Origin: Eledone cirrhosa
Lineage: Eukaryota
Length of the DNA stretch: 64,000 nucleotides
Assembly (NCBI GenBank): GCA_964016885.1
Contig: OZ024742.1
Span: 21,514,001-21,578,000, forward strand
Direction: 5' to 3'
Positions 14,583-26,429 of the stretch are shown in pieces. The translations under genes were made by a program, and so were the position numbers. The notes beneath the pieces are model-generated. The model was given only the letters and a program-made list of their open reading frames with translations, had not been told where the DNA came from and did no database searches. How positions within the stretch are numbered: position 1 is the first letter of the stretch; the number at the start of each line of letters is the position of its first letter.

Positions 14583-14776
14583 CAGACCTGTCAACCTCTA
14601 AAACCCAATCGGGGAGTACCATGAAAAAAGGTGTTCCAAAACGGGGAGAAATGAGGCAAAATAGGGAGATCTTACAGTATGAAAACTATACCTATTTTCA
14701 CAAGAGAAGATATCAATCACCCACCATAAAGTGAGTGGGCGATCTCCCCGTCGGACGGGGAAAGTTGACAGGTCTG
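14583..14776. mobile_element. MITE with CAGACCTGTCAAC TIRs and 6-bp TSD
   Basis: CAGACCTGTCAAC...GTTGACAGGTCTG, flanked on both sides by AGTATG. Confidence 0.8.
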
Positions 14777-14837
14777 AGTATGTATCTTTTTGGAAAATTT
14801 AGTGCTAAAGTATAAAAACTAATGATAACATCAATAG

Positions 14838-15055
14838 GATTGGTAGTATCGGTAGAGGGTCGGACGCTATGCTTTGCAGCATAGAGTTACCGCCCTTTAT
14901 GATCTGAGTTCAAATCCCGCCGAGGTTAACTTTGCCTTTCATCCTTACGGTGTCGATTAAATGATGTCCCAGTCACGCACTGGGGTCGATTTAATCGACT
15001 CTCCCTCCCGCCCCCCAAAAATTGCTGGCGTTGTGCCTATATAAGAAACCAATAT
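14838..15055 (+). mobile_element. tRNA/Nin-core SINE (long variant)
   Basis: A box, B box GAGTTCAAATCC, Nin-like core, 3' motif. Confidence 0.85.
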
Positions 15056-15326
15056 ATAGGTAATTCAACACTAGGTCCCTGATTCTTAGAACTTGCTCAA
15101 GTCATGTTTCCGCCACCATTTCAAAGTGAAGCCAATGTCGTGACATACATTTAACTCTAGTATTGTAATCTTATCAAGTGCATGTGTACGTTGATAACGT
15201 TATTATCATTAGCACAATTATTTGAAACTTACTATGAATTCTGCTTCTTTCTCAAATTAGGTCGAGAGTCAACCTCACACCTGAAGCAAAATGTAATAAT
15301 ACACACATTTTACAATCAAATATCAT

Positions 15327-15500
15327 GTGGGTTGGCAGTATCGATAGAGGGTCGGACCCCATGCTTTGCAGCATGGAGTTACGGCCCTTTATTGCCTGAG
15401 TTCAAATACCGCCGAGGTTAACTTTGCCTTTCATCCTTACGGGGTCGATAAAATAAAGTATCAGTAATGTGCCAAACGTAGAAACAATTATTATTATTAT
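15327..15500 (+). mobile_element. tRNA/Nin-core SINE ending in (ATT)n
   Basis: Same consensus as other copies; (ATT)n tail 15487-15500 abuts Tx1 copy B. Confidence 0.85.
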
Positions 15501-16912
15501 AAGAATTGGGACGAGGTAACGAGCAGAGTAGCCTGTCTCATCCATAAATGGGCTGCGAGGAAGCTATCGCTGAAAGGTCGCGCGGAGGGGGCGAATGCAT
15601 ACATCGCATCCGTCATCTACTATCGCCTGACCGTCGTGTCTTTCCCCCGTCCACGCCTCGTCAAGTTGGAACGGCTCCTCTTCAAATTATTGAGAAGAGG
15701 ACAAGTTCTGTTGGTGAGGCGGTCCATCTACTGCCAGCACCCTCTACGCGGAGGCCTGGGCATGCCGTGGCTAATGATGCGCAGATATGCGCTGAGGCTG
15801 AGACATCTCCAGATATTCTGCCTGAACGGTGAACAGGTGTGGTCGCCGTTTATTAGACGGGCCCTTCCGCAGCTCTTTTTTTTACTGAGCTGCAGTCCTA
15901 AGTCAAGAAGAGACCAAGACTGGGTGACTGGCACCTGGAATGTTGCCAGGCACTTGATGCCCTCTACCTAGCGGGCAATGCGATCAGTTGAACTTCCACT
16001 CTCGAGTTCTATACAGGATTCGTGGTAGGCAAGTGCGAAGACGCACTCGGAGAGGCTTTAGGCCTTGACGAAGTCGAACTGACCAGTCTGTTCCGGGGAA
16101 CTTTCGAGCCGGGAACGATGGACAATTTCCAGAAATCCCTCGCTTTGCACTGCTACCGGGGGGCACTGCCGGTTCGTGATTAACTCTACAGGCACGGAAG
16201 TGCTGTAAGACGGACCTGCCCAAGATGCGCATTGAGCGACGAAACCGTTCTGCAAGCACTTGTCCAATGTCCGTGTATTACTGACTTGTGGGGTCATGTC
16301 GAACAGCTACTGTCGAGTGTATAACGGATCCGGCTATCGGCCGAGTCCATAGTAAATAACGAGCCGCCGCCTTCCTTTGGACAGGAAGAACAGGCAATGT
16401 TCCTGTATCTGGTGGCAGTTGAGAAAGAGGTTGTATGGTGGACCAGATTGAAAGGACTGAAGACAGACATTCATCTCTTCGACCAATCCCTCATCAACAG
16501 TTTCAAGTTTCACCTGGAAAGGAAGGTAAGTGTGGCGAGAAAAGTCCTGCTCCCAAGTACATTTGCTAAAAGGTGGGTGAATGTGGCGAGAATGGCCCGT
16601 GTGAATTGGCCTACTCTATCCATCGCATATAGGCTAGCTAACTTGAGGAGAGGGGTTCGAACCCTGGGTACCCTAGAAGCGCAGGGTGGTTCAGGATTGG
16701 TGGGGTACCTGAATCACCCTAGGGTCGTCCACCCCCGATAGGGGAATTTATTTATTTGTTATATTTATACATAGTTAATTTTATATTTGTATATCTTCAT
16801 TGTTAAATTAGTCTTGCCATTGTGCACATTTACTCGACCTTATTGTAAACCCCCACTGTCTCTGTCTTTATATTTTCCCCTACATTTCGTCCCTTGTGGC
16901 CAATAAATGAAA

Positions 16913-16943
<31 letters not shown>
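15501..16943 (+). mobile_element. 5'-truncated Tx1-like element, copy B (diverged subfamily, different 3'UTR)
   Basis: ORF2 C-terminal homology (CQHPLRGGLGMPWLMMRR, VWWTRLKGLKT), AATAAA, (ATT)n tail 16915-16943. Confidence 0.9.
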
Positions 16944-16945
<2 letters not shown>

Positions 16946-17315
16946 TTTGAGTCTCCGTCATTGATGTTATTTAACTGGAAAGTTTGTTGAAATGAATATC
17001 AAGCCGCTACCAGCAGCCTCAGATATTCAGGTCGTATCGGAGTGTTCTTGATGTTCCCAGCAAGCATGCCTTTTGAAGTGTTCCAAAAAGCGGGGCTGGA
17101 CTAATTTTCTTTAACCATCCTTTGAAACTCTGAGATAGTACCTAGTGCGCCTATGACAATCGGCAAGACTCTGACATGGCAGTAACAAATCCTTTTTACC
17201 TCCAACTTTAAGTCCTGGTATCGATTAATTCTCTCCCTCTCCTTTTCTTGCACTCTCGTGTCAAATGAGCAGGCTACATCTACAATCAGGCAAGATCTTT
17301 TTTCCTTGTCCAAAA
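16944..17315 (-). mobile_element. 3' fragment of an R4/Dong-like LINE with restriction-like endonuclease
   Basis: VLDKEKRSCLIVDVACSFDTRV...KE.E..NRYQDL...LPIVIGALG, later LQKACLLGT; ends in (TAA)n on the minus strand. Confidence 0.8.
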
Positions 17316-20153
17316 CCATCACCAACAAGAACAAGTGAAAGAGTGGCGTTGGTACCCCTCCCCGACCTGACAGAATCGGGCATGGAGTGTGATGTGGGAG
17401 ACGGATGGCAAAAGGTCGCAAGAAGGCACAAACGCAGAAGCAGCGCATCGTCGCCTTCGAAAAGGGAGGGAAGAAATGAAAAAAGGGTAAAGGCTACTGC
17501 AAAGTGACTTACAACAGCAACACCACCAACACCATCACCACCCACACTAATACCACCATCACCACAGGCGGCAACCCCACCGCCTACAACAACAACAACA
17601 TCTTCAACACCACCACCACAAGCACCAACATCGCAAAAACAACAACAAAACACACACACCCAGCAACAACGACAAGAAAATAGCAGAACCACACCCCACC
17701 CCAGAAAAAGAAATGCACAGCAATAAATACACACAACAAGAAACTAATGACTTACATAATTGAACACACAGACATTTCACAGCACGACTACATAATACCA
17801 GCACCAATCAAAACACCAACGAACATAAGACTGGTGAGAATAGTACAGAAACAATACACAAACATTAAAATAAAATTCGAACAGATGCCAGACTTGTTCG
17901 GAGGCCTCTTGGCGGACGTCTACTGCAACTGGCAACAGAAGGGGAGAATTCCCAGCTCTGTGAGCCGAGGAGCTGTGGCACTGCTGAGAAAGGATCCGAA
18001 CAAGGGGGATAACAAAGATAATTTCAGGCCCATAACTCTGCTAAACACAGAGTTCAAGATTTTGGCCAAGCTGATAGAAAAGAGGTTGGCGCTTGTCGTT
18101 AGTGGTCTGGTGGGAGAGGCGCAGACGTGCGCCATTCCCGACAGATCCATTCACGACAACCTCCACCTCATGCGATACATCGTAGAGAGGGTAGCTAGGG
18201 AACCTGTCACAGGTGGGTCCTTGATCAATTTAGATCAGTTGAAAATTTTCGATAGGGTGGACCATCGTTACCTAGCGGCAGTCCTGAGGGCGGCCCGTCT
18301 TCAGAGGCTGGATCGCTGCCATGCACAGCGACATCTGCTCTGTGGTGAGAGTGAACGGTCACCTTTCGGAACCGTTCAACATCATGCGCTCGGTCCGCCA
18401 AGGATGTCCCCTCTCGTCCCTCTTGTACGTATTGACTCTCGAGCCATTACTGCACAAACTGGAGACGTTGAGGGGGATCCCGCGCGAACTAGGATGCGAA
18501 AGATCTGTGTCAGCATATGCGGACGATGTCACCGTAGGGGTGTCGAACGCCAAACACATCGAGGCGATCAGCACTACTCTAAGAGAATACGAAGCGGTGA
18601 CAGGAGCAATGATAACCAGGAAAAGTCAGTGGGCCTGCAGCTCGGCACCTGGAGAGGCAAGTCTATGCCGTCCAACAGCGTCATCGGGCGCTGGACGGAC
18701 GGACAATTTAAATTTCTCGGGGTCTGGTTCGGTCCGGATCTCCAGACGGACGAGGTGACGAGCAGGGTGGCTTCTCTCACCCAGAAATGGGCCGAGAGGA
18801 AACTAACCCTGAAAGGTCGAGCGGAGGTGGCTAACGCGTATATCACGTCCGTCATCTACTACCGCCTGACCGTCGTACCTTGTCCTAAGCCCCGCCTGAC
18901 TGCGCTGGAGCGTTTGCTCTTTCGCTTTTTGTGGAAGGGACGCGCTCCGATGGTCAGGCGGTCCATCTGCTGTCAACACCCGCTACGTGGAGGGCTGTGA
19001 ATGCCGTGGCTGATGATGCGCAGACACGCGCTCAGGCTACGACATCTCCACCTCTTCCTCGACGGTGATCAGGTGTGGTCTCCTTTTGCTAGACGCGTCT
19101 TTCGCCAGCTCGTCTCTTTGACGGAGCTGCAGTCCTGGGTCAAGCGAAGACCGAGAGGGAGCGCTTGGAGACTTGAATGTCTTCAGGCGCGCATAGCCCT
19201 CGACCAATCGGGCAATGAGATCGGTGGAAACTCCACCTTGGCGTTCTATAGAGGATTAGTGGAGGGAAAGAGCGACGACGTACTTGGGGAAACACTAGGC
19301 GTCGACGAAAATCAACTAGCCAATCTCTTCGGAAGAACTTTCGGGCCTGGGCCTATGGACAACTTCCAGAAATCCCTGGCCGGGCAGTGCTACCAAGGAG
19401 CTTTGCCAGTTCGGGATAAACTCTACAGGCATGGAGGTGCCGTCAGCCGGGCATGCCCGAGATGCGCGCAGGGCGACGAAACCGTCCTGCACGCACTCGT
19501 CCAGTGTCCGAGCATTGCTGACTTGTGGGTTTATGTCGAACACCTGCTGTCGCGTTTAGGACGGATCCGGCTATCAGCTGAGTCCATCGTGAGGATTGCC
19601 CCGCCCTCTTCCTTTAGCCGGGAAAGGCAAGCAGTTTTTATCTGTCTGGTGGCCATGGCGAAATAGATAGTATGGTGGACACGTTTGAAAGGGCTGAAGA
19701 CGAGCACTTACCTCTTCGGTGATGCCCTGATTAACTTTTTCAAATTTCATTTGAAAAAGAAAATCAGGGTAGAAATGGAAGTACTCTCTTCCCAGCATTT
19801 TGTTGAAAGATAGGTGAGGGAGGCAAGAATGGCCCGAGTGAATGGGCCTACTCTGAGTATGTGTCTGTAAATTAAAGGTGGAAAACTGGGAGAGGGCACT
19901 TGTCCTGGTGGTCAGGGTCACTGTGGCTTTTTAATGGGCTTTCTCCACGAATGTCCTTCGGAAGTCTCCCCCCTATTGTGGAATGTTTTCATTGTTCTAT
20001 TATTACATCCTCTGTTTCTCGTTTTATACACGCAGAAATGCCCATTTGTACCGCCCTGTATTGTCCTGTACTGTCCTTAATGTCTACTTTATGTAGACAC
20101 TTGTGGTTAATAAAGAAAGCATTATTATTATTTTTATTATTATTATTATTATT
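17313..20153 (+). mobile_element. Tx1-like copy C: 5'-truncated, with an internal deletion joining the ORF1 C-terminus to the RT region
   Basis: 17313-17878 matches D ORF1 (~21730-22286), then jumps to D ~23903; 3'UTR and (ATT)n tail 20121-20153. Confidence 0.92.
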
Positions 20154-20366
20154 GAATGCCATGGTTGACGGAGGCTCGGCTCTGTAAGGTATAGTAATTT
20201 TTAACCGTTAAAACAATTGTAAATTGTTTAAAACTTGAACCAAATTGTTGATAAAGACACCCTCCTCCTCGTGAGAGGGGTCTTTCTGTCCGTTATTTGG
20301 CCCTTCGGGGTTAAATAACCAGTTATTGGGGTTTTGTACCCAAAATTTCATTTTAAACAAAAAAAC

Positions 20367-22462
20367 ATGGCTACGAAAAAGAAATTTCATACGTCACTCC
20401 CACTCATTCCGTCTTCTTCTTCCTCAATCATCACTACAGCAGAGAGAAGATTGTCTCTCTCCCTCCCTTCTTTAAATGTGTCTCTCTCCCTCCCTTCTCT
20501 TTCGCAAGCGACGAAAGAAAAGAAAAGTCTCGTGCAAAGCGTGCAAGGTTTCTCCACGACGACGACGACAGCGACGAAACAGGTGTGCGGGAAATACGAA
20601 AACCCAGTTCATTCGTCTGACGTCAGGAATAATAGCAGTAGCAGCCGTAATAACAACAGCAACAGTGACAATGAAAACAACAGTAGCAGCCGCAACAGCA
20701 TCACCAGCAGCATAAACAACAACAGCATTAGCAGCAGCAACACCAACAACAACCACAGCAACAGCGGCGGAGGCAGTAGTCGTAGTACCTGCAGCAACAA
20801 CAAAAGTACCAGCAGCTCTGACGACAACAACAACAGCAGAGAAAAACCAATCTCATTTGCAGGTATTGCGAAAAACTTGGAAACAATCCTCATAACAAAT
20901 GAGGAATTAGAGGAAGCGAAGAAGATGGTGACAAAGAACGGACACCGAGCAATCTGCAAGGCAGCGAAAAATTTTTTCGAAACCCAAGAGCACCGTACGG
21001 TCACGTACCGTACAGTAAGTACAAAATCCCGTAGGGTGGAAAGAGCCACATAGGCCCAAATACAAAAAGCCTTGGGGTCTGTGTGGCAGAGGAAAACGCA
21101 CATCACCCGAGGCAAAAAATACGCCACCGTAGACGTACTTTTTGCCACACCCCAGGAGGCAAAGGCCCAATCAGTAGTGACCCTAAGGAGCGAGGAAATG
21201 GTGTTGGTGCCCTCCTACTGCGGGCAAAAAATTGTGAGGGTCAAACTGACCCACGTCCCCCCGGAATGACCCCTTCTTGGCTGGCCGCGTCTGTCCTCGT
21301 CGGAATCGAGGACAAAACAACTGTACTGCAAGTACAGAAAAAAGTAAGAGAAGATTGGGTCGGCTCCTCCATTGAGATGCTAATCCAAACCAACCAGGAG
21401 TGCATCGAAGCTATCCCGGATGTGATAGACTTCGATAACGGCACTCAACTGCCCATAAGTGTTGAGGGCAAACGCCCGAAATGCTTTCGCTGTGGATCGA
21501 AGACTCACCTCAGGGCCTTCTGCAACGAGAAGACCCTGAGAAAGGAGAAAACCCCCCTCCTTCCGAATCCGGCTCCACGGCTACCAGCAACAGGACAAGC
21601 GGCAACCAGGAACGATAGGTCCGTGGCACCCATACCCACTCCACGGAAATCAAAGACAGCAGCAGCAGTGGAAATATTAACAACAACAACAGCAATACCA
21701 AATGCAGCTGCAACAGAGACTCCAGTGCAAACATCACCAACAACAACAAGTGAAAGAGTGGAGCTGGTACCCCTCCCCGACCTTACAGAATCAGACATGG
21801 AGTGTGAGGTGGGAGAGGGATGGCAAAAGGTCGCAAGAAGGCACAAACGCAGAAGCAGCGCATCGTCGCCTTTGAAAAGGGAGGAAAGAAATGAGAAAAG
21901 GGTAAATTCTACTGCAAAGAGACCCACAGCAGCAACACCACCAACACCATCACCACCCACACCAGCACCACCATCACCAACGGCGACAACCCCACCGCCA
22001 ACAACACCTTCAACACCACCACCACAAGCACCAACATCGCAAACACAACAACAAAACACACACACCCAGCAACAACGACAAGAAAATAGCAGAACCACAC
22101 CCCACCCCCAGAAAAACAAATGCACGGCAATAAACACACACAACAAGAAACTAATGACTTACATAATTGAACACACAGACATTTCACAACAGGACTACAT
22201 AATACCAGCACCAATCAAAACGCCAACTAACATAAGACTGCTAAATATAGCCCAGAAACAATACACAAACATTAAAACGAAATTCCCCAACGCAGTTGGT
22301 GATTTCAGGGACCTAGGAGGAACCATCAATCGAAGAGTATATTCAGACATTCTCTTAGAAGAGCCGACGACCAGCCGAAGGGACGATTCAACGGTCCCTT
22401 CACCAGACGATCAAGTGAAAAGGGATGTAAAAACCATCCCTCCTCTACCAAAACTACGGTAA
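20367..22462 (+). pseudogene. Copy D ORF1 (RRM-like region, one CCHC knuckle, Thr/Pro linker, conserved C-terminal domain); one nonsense codon and one frameshift
   Basis: TAG at 21051 where homologues have Glu; frameshift near 21260; CFRCGSKTHLRAFC. Confidence 0.88.
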
Positions 22463-22497
22463 GTGGTCTTTCCCATCTTTTCCACTCTATTTTAAAC

Positions 22498-25400
22498 ATG
22501 ACCTCACTCAGAATAGGCAGCATAAATGCGCGTGGCTTGGGGTCGTCATGGAAGCAGGGTCACCTGCTCAACGACCTCAGGTCACTAAACATAGATGTAG
22601 TGGCCATCAGCGAGACCAGAATCTCCGAAGCACGGGCCTTCGCACCGATCTTCGGCGGCTACGATGTGTACGCATCTCCCAGCCGTCCTGGATCGGGTGG
22701 AGGAGTTGCTGTGCTTTTTCGGAGAGGTTTGGATCTCGCCATACGGGCCATCTTCCTGAACCCAGAGGGTAAGCTGGTGGTGCTGGACGTGACCAGCGGA
22801 GACGGGCAAGCTTTCAGGCTAGTGGCCGTCTATGCCCCGACAGGAGCAGGGCGGCCTGATTTCTTCCGGCGTCTGGAGACCTTTCTTGGAACGTCCCGCT
22901 CTTTAGTGTTAGTGGGCGACTGGAACGGGATCTTAGATGCACGCTGGGACTGTGTGGGATTAGCGGATAGGGGTGGAGGGTGCAAGAGCCTCACCAACCT
23001 GCTCAGGCGTTTTGAACTGTCTGACAGGTACCGATTGGATTTCCCGAATGTGCCAATGTGGACTTGGACAAACTGCATAGGGTCATCCAGATCATATCTA
23101 GATAGAGTATTTTGTAGGGAAATAGATAGGTCTAGCATAGGCTGTCCACAATTCAAGATAGTCAGCTACACGGACCACAAATTCGTGATCTGTGTGCTTG
23201 ACCTAGATAGGCTTCATAGACGAGGACCCGGCTACTGGAAGCTAAACGCGTCCTTACCAGCGCGCAAGGCCTACAGAGACCGGATTAGCGAACTAGTTAA
23301 GCGGGCGTTGACGGGGGCCATCGTCAACAACAAGTGGTGGTTTGCTCTGAAAAGAGCGATTAGAATAGAATCGATTAGGTTTAGTAAGGCTTTAGCAATA
23401 GAGAAAAATAGAGCAGAGGGAGAACTAGTTAGAAAATTAGACGAGGCGCTTAGCAAAGGCATTGCGACCGACGTGCTTGCGGCGAAATTGGCCCTTGACC
23501 AATTCTTCAATGCAAAGCACGAAGGCTGCGTTGTCAGAGCTAGGGTGCGTGCTCTCAGACACGAGGGGACGAAAGCCGTTCAATGGGCCCGAGTGGCGGA
23601 GGCGCGTCGTGGCAACAAAGCCACGATCCGGTCTTTGGTGGACCACGACGGGCGCATGCTACTCGATCCCGGGCAAATGTGTGAAGCTTTTCAGCGACAC
23701 TTCGCTCAGCTGTTCGGGGGCAGCGGGGGGCCGGGTAGAGGGATGGACTTTAGTGTCTACCTCGACGGACTGCCGCGGCTCTCGGCCACTGAGGCGAAGT
23801 GTTGCGAAAAGCCGATAACAGCCGCTGAAGTAAGGGAGGCAATGACTGGCTGCACAAGGGGTAAATCGCCTGGTTTGTATGGTCTGCCCTATGAACTTTA
23901 CGTACAGATGCCAGACTTGTTCGGAGGCCTCTTGGCGGACGTCTACTGCAACTGGCAACAGAACGGGAGAATTTCCAGTTCTGTGAGCCGAGGAGCGGTG
24001 GCACTGCTGAGAAAGGATCCGAACAAGGGGGATAACATAGACAATTTCCGGCCCATAACTCTGCTAAACACAGAGTTTAAGATTTTGGCCAAGGTGCTAG
24101 CAAAGAGGTTGGCGCTTGTCGTTGGTGGTCTGGTGGGAGAGGCGCAGACATGCGCCATTCCCGACAGATCCATCCACGACAACCTCCACCTCATGCGATA
24201 CATCGTAGAGAGGGTAGCTAGGGAACCTGGCACGGGTGGGTCCTTGATCAATTTAGATCAGTCGAAAGCTTTCGATAGGGTCGACCATCGTTACCTAGCG
24301 GCAGTCCTGAGGGCGGCTGGCTTTGGGCCCGTCTTCAGAGGCTGGATCGCTGCCATGCACAGCGACATCTGCTCTGTGGTGAGAGTGAACGGTCACCTGT
24401 CGGAACCGTTCAACATCATGCGCTCGGTCCGCCAAGGATGTCCCCTCTCGTCCCTCTTGTACGTATTGACGCTCGAGCCATTACTGCACAAACTGGAGAC
24501 GTTGAGGGGAGTCCCGCGCGAACTAGGATGCGGAAGATCCGTGTCAGCATATGCGGACGATGTCACCGTAGTGGTGTCGAACGCCAAACACATCGAGGCG
24601 ATCGGCACTACACTAAGAGAATACGAAGCGGTGACAGGAGCAATGATCAACCAGGAAAAGTCAGTGGGCCTGCAGCTCGGCACCTGGAGAGGCAGGTCCA
24701 TGCCGTCCAACAGCGTCGTCGGGCGCTGGACGGACGGACCGGTTAAATTGCTAGGGGTCTGGTTCGGTCCGGACCTCCAGACGGACAAAAACTGGGACGA
24801 GGTGACGAGCAGGGTGGCTTCTCTCACCCAGAAATGGGCGGAGAGGAAGCTATCCCTGAAAGGTCGAGCGGAGGTGGCTAACGCGTACATCGCGTCTGTC
24901 ATCTGCTACCGCCTAACCGTCGTACCTTGTCCTAAGCCTCGCCTGACTGCGCTGGAGCGTTTGCTCTTTCGCTTTTTGTGGAAGGGACGTGCTCCGATGG
25001 TCAGGCGGTCCATCTGTTGTCAACACCCGCTACGTGGAGGGCTGGGCATGCCGTGGCTGATGATGCGCAGGCACGCGCTCAGGCTACGACATCTCCACCT
25101 CTTCCTCGACGGTGATCAGGTGTGGTCGCCGTTTGCTAGACGCGTTTTTCCCCAGCTCGTTTCCTTGACGGAGCTGCAGTCCTGGGTCAAGCGAAGACCG
25201 AGAGGGAGCGCCTGGAGACTGGAATGTCTTCAGGCGCTCACAGCCCTCGACCAATCGGGCAATGTGATCGGTGGAAACTCCACCTCGGCGTTCTATAGAG
25301 GATTAGTGGAGGGGAAGAGCGACGACGTACTTGGGGAAACTCTAGGCGTCGACGAAAATCAACTAGCCAATCTCTTCGGAAGAACTTTCGGGCCAGGGCC

Positions 25401-25917
25401 TATGGACAACTTCCAGAAATCTCTGGCCTGGCAGTGCTACCGAGGATCCTTGCCAGTTCGGGATAAACTCTACAGGCATGGAGGTGCCGTCAGCCGGGCA
25501 TGTCCGAGAAGCGCGCAGGGCGACGAAACCGTACTGCACGCACTCGTCCAGTGTCCGAAAATTGCTGACTTGTGGGTTTATGTCGAACACCTGCTGTCGC
25601 GTTTAGGACGGATCCGGCTATCATCTGAGTCCATCGTGAGGATTGCCCCGCCCTCCTCCTTTAGCCGGGAAGGGCAGGCAGTTTTTATCTGCCTGGTGGC
25701 CATGGTGAAAGAGATAGTATGGTGGACACGTTTGAAAGGGCTGAAGACGAGCACTTACCTCTTCGGTGATGCTCTGATTGACTTTTTCAAATTTCATTTG
25801 AAAAGGAAAATCAGAGTAGAGAGGGAAGTGCTCTCTTCCCAGCATTTTGTTGAAAGATGGGTGAGAGAAGCAAGAATGGCCCGAGTGAATGGGCCTACTC
25901 TGAGTATATATCTGTAA
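22498..25917 (+). CDS. Copy D ORF2: APE endonuclease, reverse transcriptase, C-terminal zinc finger, 1139 aa
   Basis: SINARGL, ISET, GDWN, TDHK (EN); NFRPITLLN, DQSKAFDRV, RQGCPLS, YADD (RT). Has PGLYG and CPRS substitutions at motifs that read PGLDG and CPRC in copy E. Confidence 0.96.
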   Translation: MTSLRIGSINARGLGSSWKQGHLLNDLRSLNIDVVAISETRISEARAFAPIFGGYDVYASPSRPGSGGGVAVLFRRGLDLAIRAIFLNPEGKLVVLDVTSGDGQAFRLVAVYAPTGAGRPDFFRRLETFLGTSRSLVLVGDWNGILDARWDCVGLADRGGGCKSLTNLLRRFELSDRYRLDFPNVPMWTWTNCIGSSRSYLDRVFCREIDRSSIGCPQFKIVSYTDHKFVICVLDLDRLHRRGPGYWKLNASLPARKAYRDRISELVKRALTGAIVNNKWWFALKRAIRIESIRFSKALAIEKNRAEGELVRKLDEALSKGIATDVLAAKLALDQFFNAKHEGCVVRARVRALRHEGTKAVQWARVAEARRGNKATIRSLVDHDGRMLLDPGQMCEAFQRHFAQLFGGSGGPGRGMDFSVYLDGLPRLSATEAKCCEKPITAAEVREAMTGCTRGKSPGLYGLPYELYVQMPDLFGGLLADVYCNWQQNGRISSSVSRGAVALLRKDPNKGDNIDNFRPITLLNTEFKILAKVLAKRLALVVGGLVGEAQTCAIPDRSIHDNLHLMRYIVERVAREPGTGGSLINLDQSKAFDRVDHRYLAAVLRAAGFGPVFRGWIAAMHSDICSVVRVNGHLSEPFNIMRSVRQGCPLSSLLYVLTLEPLLHKLETLRGVPRELGCGRSVSAYADDVTVVVSNAKHIEAIGTTLREYEAVTGAMINQEKSVGLQLGTWRGRSMPSNSVVGRWTDGPVKLLGVWFGPDLQTDKNWDEVTSRVASLTQKWAERKLSLKGRAEVANAYIASVICYRLTVVPCPKPRLTALERLLFRFLWKGRAPMVRRSICCQHPLRGGLGMPWLMMRRHALRLRHLHLFLDGDQVWSPFARRVFPQLVSLTELQSWVKRRPRGSAWRLECLQALTALDQSGNVIGGNSTSAFYRGLVEGKSDDVLGETLGVDENQLANLFGRTFGPGPMDNFQKSLAWQCYRGSLPVRDKLYRHGGAVSRACPRSAQGDETVLHALVQCPKIADLWVYVEHLLSRLGRIRLSSESIVRIAPPSSFSREGQAVFICLVAMVKEIVWWTRLKGLKTSTYLFGDALIDFFKFHLKRKIRVEREVLSSQHFVERWVREARMARVNGPTLSIYL

Positions 25918-26176
25918 ATTAAAGGTGGAAAACTGGGAGAGGGCACTTGCCTTGGTGGTCAGGGTCATTGTGGCTTTTTACTGGGCTTTCACCACAAATG
26001 TCCCTCCGAAGTCTCCCCCCTATTGGGGAATTTTTCATTGTTATTTTCATTGTTATTTTTGTTACATCCTCTGTTTTTGTTTTTTACACGCAGAAATGCC
26101 CATTTGTACCGTCCTGCATTGTCCTGCACTGTCCTTAATGTCTACTTTATGTAAACCCTTGTGGTTAATAAAGAAA

Positions 26177-26220
<44 letters not shown>

Positions 26221-26429
26221 GGCGACCTACGTAGGAAATCGTATTATCGTGAGCTCCGCAAAGGTTTGTTATTTCCGTTTGTTTAAAAATTGCCATTTAT
26301 GGAAAATTTTATTGTAAACTGTTTATAAGCACACATACATTGTTTTCCGAAAAGGACACCCAAAAAGATTGGGGCCTTGTGCCCAAAATTTTAACTTTTA
26401 TTATTATCCAAAAATTTCTTTGAAAAAAA

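Larger units (their letters stand above)
20154..26220 (+). mobile_element. Full-length Tx1-like non-LTR retrotransposon, copy D
   Basis: 5'UTR, ORF1, ORF2, 3'UTR with AATAAA, (ATT)n tail 26179-26220; starts directly after the tail of copy C. Confidence 0.95.

Noticed and set aside
20154-20200. HDV-like ribozyme or functional splice donor at the element 5' ends (AAG|GTATAG in D, AAG|GTTTGT in E)
   Set aside because: I could not build the nested pseudoknot, the donors are weak, and no in-frame product is evident.
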